IMG/VR virus record: IMGVR_UViG_3300037418_003024
Coordinates: 1 to 64,000 of that record
DNA length: 64,000 nucleotides
Source of the DNA: a virus
Strand: one strand, 5' to 3'
Part shown: in pieces, positions 9,945 through 18,082 of the stretch
How positions within the stretch are numbered: position 1 is the first letter of the stretch
Layout of the letters: each line of letters starts with the position of its first letter
Made by a program: the position numbers and the translations under genes
Notes under the pieces: generated by a model
Databases searched by the model: none
What the model saw: only the letters and a program-made list of their open reading frames with translations
Told to the model about the DNA's origin: nothing

Positions 9945-10106
9945 ATGCCGTGGACAATGTGGCCGGATGGTATCGGCGGTTCAGTCTGGGTCTCTGTCAC
10001 ATTCCTGAGGCCGGACGGTCAATGGTTTCGCAGCAACGAACGCATGCGTTTCATCGTTCGGTGGTCCGAAGGAATTCGCTGGCATCACATATACGGGTAT
10101 GACTAA
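9945..10106 (+). CDS. Small Trp-rich protein (MPWTM- start)
   Basis: GAGGA RBS; shares its N-terminus with 1822..2025. Confidence 0.5.
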   Translation: MPWTMWPDGIGGSVWVSVTFLRPDGQWFRSNERMRFIVRWSEGIRWHHIYGYD

Positions 10107-10386
10107 ACCTCACGCTAAGAACGACGGTGCTACTAAACGGCTCCTGCAGGCGGAGTCGGCCGAACTCGCCCATCATGCCGCCTTGGTCGAGCACTGCGAC
10201 GGCCTCGCTGAGTCGTCGTCGCGTGTGATGCGCAAGGTCGAAAAGGACCTCGACGGGATTGACAATCCTGAACTGCGCGAGCGGATGGGGAAAATGTACC
10301 TGCGCGCCGGAAACCTGCGCACGATGTCGAACACTCTGCGCGGCGTGCTCACGTCGACGGGTGGGAGGCTCGGTGCAGGCGATTAA
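10099..10386 (+). CDS. Hypothetical helical protein
   Basis: Coupled ORF. Confidence 0.6.
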   Translation: MTKPHAKNDGATKRLLQAESAELAHHAALVEHCDGLAESSSRVMRKVEKDLDGIDNPELRERMGKMYLRAGNLRTMSNTLRGVLTSTGGRLGAGD

Positions 10387-10567
10387 GGTGAAGATGGCGC
10401 CGACCATCGTCAAGCGTTGCGAGAAGTGTAGCTGCCCGGTCGTCAAGAAGACGTCGACCGGGCGCTTTCTCATCAACGGCAGCAATGTTGCCCTAGACAC
10501 TTCCACGATGACGGCTTCGGGAAAGTGCCCGCGGTGCAACGAGGATTATTCTGTCGTGCTTAGTTAA
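10373..10567 (+). CDS. Small zinc-ribbon protein, Mu Com-like
   Basis: RCEKC...KCPRC in 64 aa; GGGAGG RBS before GTG. Confidence 0.6.
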   Translation: MQAIKVKMAPTIVKRCEKCSCPVVKKTSTGRFLINGSNVALDTSTMTASGKCPRCNEDYSVVLS

Positions 10568-10626
10568 AGTTCAGGGCTCGTTTCTTAACTAAGCGATCTC
10601 ACGATAAAGATTTGCGCCTTTTCATC

Positions 10627-10654
10627 ATGATAACCCCCTCAAAATGCCGTATAC
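10627..10654 (+). promoter_or_regulatory. Putative phage-sigma promoter (ATGATA-N15-CGTATAC) upstream of the RNA cluster
   Basis: Matches the recurring motif; intergenic. Confidence 0.5.
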
Positions 10655-10669
10655 CTACATCTGAACGAT

Positions 10670-10840
10670 GGCTGCGACGGTGTGGCGGGTGACACCGGAA
10701 CGCTTATGGCCGGGTGATGTTCCGCTTGCCGCCTTATCAACGGCTTGCGATGTGATCATCCTTAAACCAGGGGTTCGTCAGGGTGGTGAGGGCTGATAAC
10801 CCCGATCCCTAATAGCCGGTTCGAGTCCGGCTCGTAGTCA
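10670..10840 (+). ncRNA. tRNA-like structured RNA, 171 nt
   Basis: 8-bp terminal stem GGCTGCGA/TCGTAGTC, D-like arm CGGTGT/ACACCG, canonical T arm GCCGG-TTCGAGT-CCGGC, three extra internal hairpins. Confidence 0.7.
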
Positions 10841-10846
10841 GTCTAT

Positions 10847-10921
10847 CGCGTTGTAGAGCAGCCTGGTAGCTCGTCGGGCTCATAACCCCGAAGGTCGTTG
10901 GTTCAAATCCAACCGGCGCGC
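10847..10921 (+). tRNA. tRNA-Met(CAT), initiator-like body, atypical
   Basis: Near-identical to the bacterial tRNA-fMet core (GAGCAGCCTGGTAGCTCGTCGGGCTCATAA), T arm GTTGG-TTCAAAT-CCAAC; extra C in the anticodon arm, C1-G72 pair, no encoded CCA. Confidence 0.85.
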
Positions 10922-10922
10922 T

Positions 10923-10997
10923 TTCTGTGGGGCCTAGGGGCCTCATGCGCATTGGAGACAGTGCGTTGCCTAACCAGCAGGGCTAAGTCCCACAGAA
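10923..10997 (+). ncRNA. Structured RNA element after the tRNA
   Basis: Closing stem TTCTGTGGG/CCCACAGAA and internal GNRA hairpin GCGCATTG-GAGA-CAGTGCGT. Confidence 0.45.
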
Positions 10998-11100
10998 TAA
11001 TCTTATAGCCGTAATTTTGGGCTGGCTGCCCCTGGAGCTTTTGGCTCATCGCTCTGCCGCATGCGGGAGGGTGGTGGGCCTTTCGTCATTTGGAGGGCGT

Positions 11101-11517
11101 GTGAGCGACGACAAAACAATCGATCCGGTGGCCGGGCTGACCGAGGGACGCATCGTACACTACGTCCTCGACGACGGCGAGCATCGCCCGGCTATGGTCG
11201 TGAAGCACTGGAATCCTGGGCACCACGACTTGCACACCCGCGATTGCGTGAACTTGCTCGTGTTCGCCGACGGCTCGAACGATAACCGCCCTGGCCGATT
11301 CGGCGGCGAGCTCCTGCCACTCCACGCGCCGATCGTCCACAGAACGTCGGTTCACTTCTCGGATGAGAAGACGCGCGGAACGTGGCATTGGCCGGAAAGA
11401 GCGGCGGTCTATATCCCTTCGCCGGTCGCGGAAGCGCTCTCCGATCAAGCCGAATTCGCTGGCGTATCGGCTGGGTACTTCGGTGCGACATCGCAGGATG
11501 AAAAGGACGCAGGCTAA
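11101..11517 (+). CDS. Conserved phage hypothetical protein
   Basis: GRIVHYV...HRPAMV...VNLLVF...TWHWPER pattern typical of small phage proteins; GGAGG RBS. Confidence 0.7.
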   Translation: MSDDKTIDPVAGLTEGRIVHYVLDDGEHRPAMVVKHWNPGHHDLHTRDCVNLLVFADGSNDNRPGRFGGELLPLHAPIVHRTSVHFSDEKTRGTWHWPERAAVYIPSPVAEALSDQAEFAGVSAGYFGATSQDEKDAG

Positions 11518-12578
11518 TGGCGGCAGAGATGGTGGAGCGTCAATTCAACACATGGGTGCCGCTCACAAAGGCGGCGGAAACCGACGACGAGTGGATCGTC
11601 AGCGGGCCGGTCGCCGATGTCGACGTGCCGGATTACGACGGCGAGACGTTGGTCAAAGCGGGCGTCATGCGTGGGCTTGAGCTTCATGCGAAACTCGGCG
11701 GCCACATCGACTACGAGCACCAGTACCCGAAGACGAAAGATCCGAAGTGGTTGATCGGCAAAGGCGTCGAGGTGACTGAGGTTGACGGTAAGCCGTGGCT
11801 CACCGTGCGGCTTCACAAGGCCGGTCCTGGTTCGGATCTCGCTCGCAAGATTTGGGAATCGGTCAAGGCGGGCGTGCGCATGGGATTCTCCATCTGGGGA
11901 GCCGGCACGAGGGACCGCCTCGACCCGAAGCGCATCGTCGACACGAAAATCATGATGGTGACGATTGCGCCATCGCCGAAGGGATTTGGGCAATTCCTGC
12001 AGACCGGAACCGCTCCCGCAGGACTCTACGCCATCGCGAAGGCGCTGACCGAGGACGGGGCTGTACCGGGCCTCGAAGATGACTGGTGCGAGATGGAGAA
12101 GGCGGAAGACTGGCCGGAATCGCGACGGAAGAGAACGCCATCCAAGGATTTCGGCAAACCGGATACCGATTCGTTTCTGATCGAGACGCAAGAGGATGTT
12201 GAGCACGCGGCCGAGCTTTTGCATCACACCGCAGACCCGGCCGCCGTCAAGAAGCGGATTATTGAAATCTGTCACGCGAAGGGGCTTTCACTGCCGAAGT
12301 CCTGGCAGGACGCCGAACGCTTGGAAAAGGCGCTCACGACCGGCAACAGCATCGTCCAGCCAGGAGATAGCGGCGGCGCCGCGCTCCGCGTCCAGAACTT
12401 GAAGGGTGGCACGACGCCGTCAACATACGGCGAAGGCGAGCCCCGTCCTAAAAAGCGGCGAAAGAAGAAGCGGACTGCCGCGCGCCTCGAGAAAGCCTTG
12501 AGCGATCGGGGCATCCGCAACCCGCGCGCTGTTATCGCGCGGGTGAAAGCAACCATTGATTCCGGGAGGAACAGATAA
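11517..12578 (+). CDS. Prohead (maturation) protease with C-terminal extension
   Basis: DYDGE, IDYEH and GFSIWG motifs of HK97/Twort-type prohead proteases; lies before scaffold and capsid. Confidence 0.8.
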   Translation: MAAEMVERQFNTWVPLTKAAETDDEWIVSGPVADVDVPDYDGETLVKAGVMRGLELHAKLGGHIDYEHQYPKTKDPKWLIGKGVEVTEVDGKPWLTVRLHKAGPGSDLARKIWESVKAGVRMGFSIWGAGTRDRLDPKRIVDTKIMMVTIAPSPKGFGQFLQTGTAPAGLYAIAKALTEDGAVPGLEDDWCEMEKAEDWPESRRKRTPSKDFGKPDTDSFLIETQEDVEHAAELLHHTADPAAVKKRIIEICHAKGLSLPKSWQDAERLEKALTTGNSIVQPGDSGGAALRVQNLKGGTTPSTYGEGEPRPKKRRKKKRTAARLEKALSDRGIRNPRAVIARVKATIDSGRNR

Positions 12579-13259
12579 ATGGCTCGAAAAGACGCTGAGG
12601 ACACCCGCCGCAAGGATGGGAAGCCCGAAGACGACGAGGAAGACGACGACGACATGGGCGGCGACGATGGCGGCGATGAAGATGACTATAACGATGACGA
12701 ACTCGAAAAGGCTGCCGTGACGGACGCCTCCGAGCTCGAGTCGTTCATCGACGCCGCAGTGGCGAAAGCCCTGCCGGGCGCGCTCGCCAAAGCGCTAGCC
12801 GATCCTAATGTCGGCGTTGCGATCGCGAAAGCGGTTGCGCCGGAGCTTGGCGTTGGCAGGCTTCGCAAGTCGCTGTCGGACTTCCGCGAGCATATCGACG
12901 GACGGTTCGACGGCATCGAAGAATCGCACGAGACACTAAGCAAGGCTCTGTCGGAGATCCCGGCTGCGACCGCGACCGCATCGACCGACGACGATGCCGC
13001 GAAGAAGACGCCCGCGACGAAGGAAACTCCGCTGTCGAAGGCGGCCGGCGACGACGGCGGCACGGAAGTGCTCGACAAGTCCGGCGAGAAGCCGGACCCG
13101 AAGGCCGTTCGCGGCTCACTTCTTGTCGCGGCCAAGCGGAGCGGTAAGGTCGACGCGAATCTCCTGTCGAAGGCGTCGGTCGAAGTCCGAAACGGCGGCA
13201 TGTCCGACGAAACGTGGGCCGAACTCGAAAAAGCCTGCACCACCGCCGGCGTGATCTAG
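12579..13259 (+). CDS. Putative scaffold protein
   Basis: Acidic N-terminus, many (L/I/V)xK(A/S) motifs, between protease and MCP. Confidence 0.65.
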   Translation: MARKDAEDTRRKDGKPEDDEEDDDDMGGDDGGDEDDYNDDELEKAAVTDASELESFIDAAVAKALPGALAKALADPNVGVAIAKAVAPELGVGRLRKSLSDFREHIDGRFDGIEESHETLSKALSEIPAATATASTDDDAAKKTPATKETPLSKAAGDDGGTEVLDKSGEKPDPKAVRGSLLVAAKRSGKVDANLLSKASVEVRNGGMSDETWAELEKACTTAGVI

Positions 13260-13284
13260 TTCACGCCGCCCGACTCGTTACGTA

Positions 13285-13313
13285 GCTCAATGGCCGTGGG
13301 GGCGCATTGGAGC
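13285..13313 (+). promoter_or_regulatory. RBS-sequestering hairpin, copy 1 (before major capsid)
   Basis: GCTCAATGGCCGTGGGGGCGCATTGGAGC; near-identical copies at 21690 and 36767. Confidence 0.7.
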
Positions 13314-13319
13314 TTATAG

Positions 13320-14996
13320 ATGCTTACTATGTTCGACCGGGTCTCTGTACCCGATCGTATCGGAGTGGTCGGCGAGGGTTGGGTGCCGGGGATCACCGGT
13401 ATCGGCCATCCCGAGCTTTCCTTGTGGATCAACAAGTCGATCGAGGATGAAGCGAACCTCGAAAAGGCTTTGACGACCGGCGCCAACATCGTCCAGGTCG
13501 GCGACACGGGCGGTACCGCGCTTCGTATGCAGTTCCTGCATGACGAGCTCGAATACGTATCGTTCAACCAGGACGACGCGAAGCTGATGAAGCTTCTGCC
13601 GAAGAAGACGGTTGGCTCGACCACTTTCGAGTGGACCATCTTCAACCAGTACGGCGGCCCCGGCGACGGCTTCGTCTCGGAGACCGGCTCCGATGGCGCG
13701 TTCGGCGTGTCGGGTGCGGACGACAACTTCGTACGTCAGTTCCAGCGTGTCCACTATATGGCCACGCAGCGCACCGTCGGCCTCGTCGCTCAGATGGTGA
13801 ATAACATCACCAACCCGATGAAGGCCGCTGAGCAGGGCGCGAACTTCGAACTGCTCGCCAAGCAGAACCTGGCGTCGTATTGGGGGGCGGAGACTCTCTC
13901 TACCAACCAGTTCAACGGTATGGCGGAGCAGATTCTCGCATGGGTTCGCACGTACTCCAGCGACTCGGCAATCATCTACGACGCCGGCGGACTCCCGGTC
14001 GACAAGGACATGCTGACCGACATTACGAAGACGAGCCGCAAGAAGTTCGGCCGCCCGTCACTCTGGCTGACGTCGGTCGACTCCCTTGCCGATACCCAGA
14101 AGCTTCTCTTCCCCGAGCAGCGCGCGGGTGAAGGCGATACGGGGTCGATGGGCATCAATAAGCGCGAGTTCGTCACGTCGAACGCGGGTAACGGTGGAAA
14201 GCTCAAGCTCGACGATGATGTGATGCTTCGCCCGAACCGCCCCCTGGTCGCGGATGGCAACGGCATCGACGGCAAGCCGCGCTCTGCCACCACGGCGGAC
14301 AGCGGCGCTCTCGCGTTCGCGGCGACCCCGTTCGCTGCCTGCGCCGCTCAGGCGGCTGGAACCGGCAACTACTGGTCGAACGTCAACCTGAACACCGATT
14401 CGGCCATTCTGGGCACCGCGCCGAACGTGCCGACCACCGGGGCGGGCGGCAACGCCGGCAACCGGCTTTCGGCCGGAACTTACTACTACGCGCTTGCTCC
14501 GGTCTACCAGGGCAAGGAAGGCGTCGCGTGGGTGTACGGTGCGGCCACGGCCGGAACCGTGACCGGTGCGACCGGCGTGTCGCCGACGGCTGGGCAGATC
14601 GTCAAGATCGATGTCGACCTGACCACCCCGTGCATTACGGGCCTCGGCTCGACCTATGCCCGCAACCTGGTCAAGTGGCGCGTTTATCGCGCGCTCTCGA
14701 CGGCGACGGGTCTGAGCGACTTTGATTACCTCTGCGATATCGGCAACCCATCCGCTGGCAACGCCCGCGGTTACGACAACGGAATGTACATTCCGGGGTC
14801 GGACAATGGGTTCTCGATCACCGAGAGCAAGAACGGCGCGTCGGGCTGGGGCCTGTACTCGCTGATGCCGCTCATCAAGCGCCCGCTCCCGCATCTCGCG
14901 ATGGCCGACTTGTTCGCCCTGCTGTGGTTCGGTACGTTCCTCTTCCTCGCGCCACGGCACCAGATCTGGGTGCGCAACATCGGCCAGAAGCAGTAA
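13320..14996 (+). CDS. Major capsid protein, Twort/SPO1 (Herelleviridae)-like
   Basis: KALTTG...ALRMQFL, VNNITNP, NQFNGM and C-terminal LMPLIKRPL...FALLWFGT..LAP....VRNI resemble Twort-like MCPs. Confidence 0.85.
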   Translation: MLTMFDRVSVPDRIGVVGEGWVPGITGIGHPELSLWINKSIEDEANLEKALTTGANIVQVGDTGGTALRMQFLHDELEYVSFNQDDAKLMKLLPKKTVGSTTFEWTIFNQYGGPGDGFVSETGSDGAFGVSGADDNFVRQFQRVHYMATQRTVGLVAQMVNNITNPMKAAEQGANFELLAKQNLASYWGAETLSTNQFNGMAEQILAWVRTYSSDSAIIYDAGGLPVDKDMLTDITKTSRKKFGRPSLWLTSVDSLADTQKLLFPEQRAGEGDTGSMGINKREFVTSNAGNGGKLKLDDDVMLRPNRPLVADGNGIDGKPRSATTADSGALAFAATPFAACAAQAAGTGNYWSNVNLNTDSAILGTAPNVPTTGAGGNAGNRLSAGTYYYALAPVYQGKEGVAWVYGAATAGTVTGATGVSPTAGQIVKIDVDLTTPCITGLGSTYARNLVKWRVYRALSTATGLSDFDYLCDIGNPSAGNARGYDNGMYIPGSDNGFSITESKNGASGWGLYSLMPLIKRPLPHLAMADLFALLWFGTFLFLAPRHQIWVRNIGQKQ

Positions 14997-15021
14997 GCAC
15001 TGCGTTTACCTAATACCTCTT

Positions 15022-15046
15022 AGCCTCCCGGTTCGCCGGGAGGCTT
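15022..15046 (+). terminator. Hairpin after MCP (weak terminator or mRNA-stabilising stem)
   Basis: AGCCTCCCGG-TTCG-CCGGGAGGCT; short U tract. Confidence 0.6.
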
Positions 15047-15068
15047 GACCTCAAAGGGGGCTAACCCA

Positions 15069-15533
15069 ATGTCTCGCAAATCGATTCAGGATGCCTTTCC
15101 TGCGTTCCGCGCCGGACTGGGCACTCCGATGCAGCTTAACATCGGCTATAAGGGTGCGGCGATTACGGCGGCGACAAACGCTCTGAAGCAGTGGAGTGTT
15201 CCGGCCGCGCTGATGCCGGACCGTGCAGGGAAAGTGCTTCGCCTCGCACATCTCAATCTCTTCGTCGACGGACCAGGGACCGGCGCGACCGGTGGCAACT
15301 GGACGTTTACCGTGACCAACGGCGCAGGAACCGTCCTCGGCACGGCAGTGATTGCGTACAACGCGTCGGTGCTGTCGGCGTCCGTCGACCTGCGCACGAA
15401 TGCGATTGGGCAGGCGATCGCGGCCGGCGATACGTTGTCGCTTAATCTGACCGGAGTACCCACCGGTACCCTGACCGGTTTGACCTCGGTGTCGGCGGAA
15501 ATCCTGGCCGAGACGTACGGAATCGAGGCGTAA
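15069..15533 (+). CDS. Putative capsid decoration/structural protein
   Basis: G/A/T-rich beta-type sequence directly after MCP. Confidence 0.55.
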   Translation: MSRKSIQDAFPAFRAGLGTPMQLNIGYKGAAITAATNALKQWSVPAALMPDRAGKVLRLAHLNLFVDGPGTGATGGNWTFTVTNGAGTVLGTAVIAYNASVLSASVDLRTNAIGQAIAAGDTLSLNLTGVPTGTLTGLTSVSAEILAETYGIEA

Positions 15534-15537
15534 CAAC

Positions 15538-16305
15538 ATGGCAAAGCGCCTACGAACCTCTGTTTCGCACATGAACTGCGACCGGGTCGCGCTCGGCGAT
15601 TCGGTCGTTAAGTTCACGCGTGTCGGCCGCGAGTGGATCAGTGAGCCGATCTCCGACGACGTCGCCGACGCTGCCGAATCGCATCCGCATTTTGGCGTCT
15701 ACGAGACGGACGAAGAGATCACGCCAACCGAGATCAACCCGAGTATCGTCAACTTGTCCGATACGGTCGAAGTCGAGCGAATGCTTCGTGCAATGCCGGC
15801 CGAAGAGTTGCCGACTTTCGTGCGCTTCATCGAGAATACGCCCAATTTGGTCGCTGTGCTCATCAACACGCTCGACGAAGACACGCTCCGGGAATTCGTA
15901 CGCCGTGAGGTGTTCGCGGAAGACCTGATCGGATACGTCAAGGACCCGGTTCCGGTTCTGTGTAGCATCGTCGTGTCAAATGCGGATTTCATCAGCGAGC
16001 TTCGCGACAAGGCGATGGCGTTTAAGCCCGATCAGGACGCCGTCTTGGCTGGCGGAGTGACTACCGCCGGCGACCTCGACCAGGGCACGCTCACGGACGA
16101 GGAGAAAAGCCTTTTCGACAAGCTGAACCTCGGCGGCCCGGAGGGAGATGCAACCGAATCCGGCGATGCTCCGGAGGCAACCGAACCGGCGCGCGGTAAA
16201 GATGGCACGGACGTGCCGGATGGCGAGTCGAAAACCACGAACGAGACTGAAGATCCGCTCGAGGCCGCGATCGAGACGGCCAAGCGGAACAAGAAGGCCA
16301 AGTAA
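15538..16305 (+). CDS. Hypothetical protein with acidic C-terminus
   Basis: Coupled ORF in the structural operon. Confidence 0.7.
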   Translation: MAKRLRTSVSHMNCDRVALGDSVVKFTRVGREWISEPISDDVADAAESHPHFGVYETDEEITPTEINPSIVNLSDTVEVERMLRAMPAEELPTFVRFIENTPNLVAVLINTLDEDTLREFVRREVFAEDLIGYVKDPVPVLCSIVVSNADFISELRDKAMAFKPDQDAVLAGGVTTAGDLDQGTLTDEEKSLFDKLNLGGPEGDATESGDAPEATEPARGKDGTDVPDGESKTTNETEDPLEAAIETAKRNKKAK

Positions 16306-17099
16306 TGATCGAGGTTACCGACGTCAAATCGCATCTGGTCGGACTGGGGCCGTGGCTCGACGCCGCGGCCCAGTGCAAGTTTCGGTATGACGACAAGGTC
16401 ATTGCAACCAAAAAGATTCCGCAGGTCGTGCGGACGCTTGAGCGCGAGACGTTGTTCCGGATCAACCCGATTCAGGTCGTTTCGTCGCCGGATGGAACGT
16501 ACGACAGTGGACAGTCCAATTACTCGACGCTCCCAAGCGGACGCATGCTGCTGATTGAGGATGGATACACGTATCGCCGCGAAATGGCGCAAGAGTACTT
16601 CACCATCCAGCTCAGGCAGTGGCCAGCGACCACGGTCCAGCGGGTGCGTGTAGTAATTGGGACGTCGACCGTATTCACGATGCCGGCGATTTGGTATTCA
16701 CTGGAATCGAAGACCGCGACATTCAGTATCCAACCGGTCTATGGACCGCTCCTGATTTCGTCATTGAATGCGTTCTCGGCACTCGAATTCACCTTCGGCG
16801 CGAAAGACTACTTGCGCAACGCCATCAAAGTCGACTACCAGGCCGGATTGCCTGTGGGATGGGAAAGTCTGTCGGAATTCGCGGATATCTACAAGTGGGT
16901 CTGTCAGGCGATCGCACTCCAGATATTGGAAGACGTCTCGGAGCTTGCCGACGCCGGGCTCATTTCCGTATCCGCCGGCGGCGACACGCGAACTTACTCG
17001 CGATTCAAGGACCGCAAGGAAGAATTGAAGGCCGCGGTCGACAACTTCCGGACCACACTGCAGGAGCAGGAAACGCCGGTGATGCTGGGATTCGTCTAA
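16305..17099 (+). CDS. Putative head-tail adaptor
   Basis: Position; IKVDYQAGL motif typical of adaptor proteins. Confidence 0.55.
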   Translation: MIEVTDVKSHLVGLGPWLDAAAQCKFRYDDKVIATKKIPQVVRTLERETLFRINPIQVVSSPDGTYDSGQSNYSTLPSGRMLLIEDGYTYRREMAQEYFTIQLRQWPATTVQRVRVVIGTSTVFTMPAIWYSLESKTATFSIQPVYGPLLISSLNAFSALEFTFGAKDYLRNAIKVDYQAGLPVGWESLSEFADIYKWVCQAIALQILEDVSELADAGLISVSAGGDTRTYSRFKDRKEELKAAVDNFRTTLQEQETPVMLGFV

Positions 17100-18020
17100 A
17101 TGCTGATCGACCGATCAACCGAACAGGGCTATCCAGGCGCGGAGTGGCGCCCGGGCGTTCTGCCGTCGCCGCAATCTCAGTCCGCGGCTATAAGCACGCA
17201 TCCTAAGTCGGTTATGGTACAATGGTACCAGGCATACGCAAACCCGCAGTATGTCAAGACGGCACGGCCGGCTCCGCAACAGGACGCGTACGTACGCGAA
17301 TTGCAGACAGGCCCATTTTGGGCAATAGTCAGTAGTTCGGAGCGGGCTATGAAACGCTGGTTTCCAGAGGGTTCCTGGACGGCTGGCGACATCGCCTTGA
17401 CATACGACGAGTCGCAAATGGATCTCTCCATTTACGACAGGATCATACCAACGGGAGCCGGTACTTCAAACCCCGGCCAGCCGGATGCCCCCACGTTCCA
17501 GTATAAGGAGCTCGTCACACGTGCTGCAACCACGTCGACTCTGCCTGGAACGATCACGAATGTTGGCTCGTCCGTAATAGGTACCGGCACTCGATTCACG
17601 TCCGATCTTCGGGTTGGCGACGTCGTATCGATTGGCGGCAGTATGTACGTCGTCGCAACGATCGCCGACGACATGCATCTCACCTTCGCTTCTCCCCCTT
17701 CCCACAACTGGCAGAACGTCGCCTGCCTGCGCGCCTACGATAGCGTCATTATGTCGCCGATCGCTTCGGTTGCTCAGGTTCGCGACGCATCGACCGTCTA
17801 CACGGCGTCCGACTACGCCATTGCCAGCGACTCGGGGGGAATCGATTGGCTCAGTCCGTCCAGACAGCCAGCACCAGGCGCTACATACAGCTTGTCTTAC
17901 CGCTACTACCCGACCTATCAGGTGACGGAGTATGGTACGAAGGGCCGCGTCGTCGCCGGTCGCCCCGAATTGTCCGTGGTCCTGTGCACGCTCTTGCGGC
18001 CGGATACTCAGACGCGGTAA
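17100..18020 (+). CDS. Putative head-closure/neck protein with inserted beta domain
   Basis: Position; GTITNVGSSVIGTGTRFTSDLRVGD insert of a type seen in tail proteins. Confidence 0.5.
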   Translation: MLIDRSTEQGYPGAEWRPGVLPSPQSQSAAISTHPKSVMVQWYQAYANPQYVKTARPAPQQDAYVRELQTGPFWAIVSSSERAMKRWFPEGSWTAGDIALTYDESQMDLSIYDRIIPTGAGTSNPGQPDAPTFQYKELVTRAATTSTLPGTITNVGSSVIGTGTRFTSDLRVGDVVSIGGSMYVVATIADDMHLTFASPPSHNWQNVACLRAYDSVIMSPIASVAQVRDASTVYTASDYAIASDSGGIDWLSPSRQPAPGATYSLSYRYYPTYQVTEYGTKGRVVAGRPELSVVLCTLLRPDTQTR

Positions 18021-18082
18021 CTCAGCTTGCTCTTGAGTTTAGTGCGCGCCGCGAGGGCGCATGTCGCCGGAAACCGGAAGAT

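Noticed and set aside
10670-10840. tmRNA, tRNA-Sec or intron-containing tRNA
   Set aside because: Too short for tmRNA or a self-splicing intron, no G3-U70 alanine identity, no TCA anticodon arm
10923-10997. tRNA-associated HDV-like (theta) ribozyme
   Set aside because: GGCTAAG before the closing stem is suggestive, but I could not build P1, P1.1 or the conserved L3 loop
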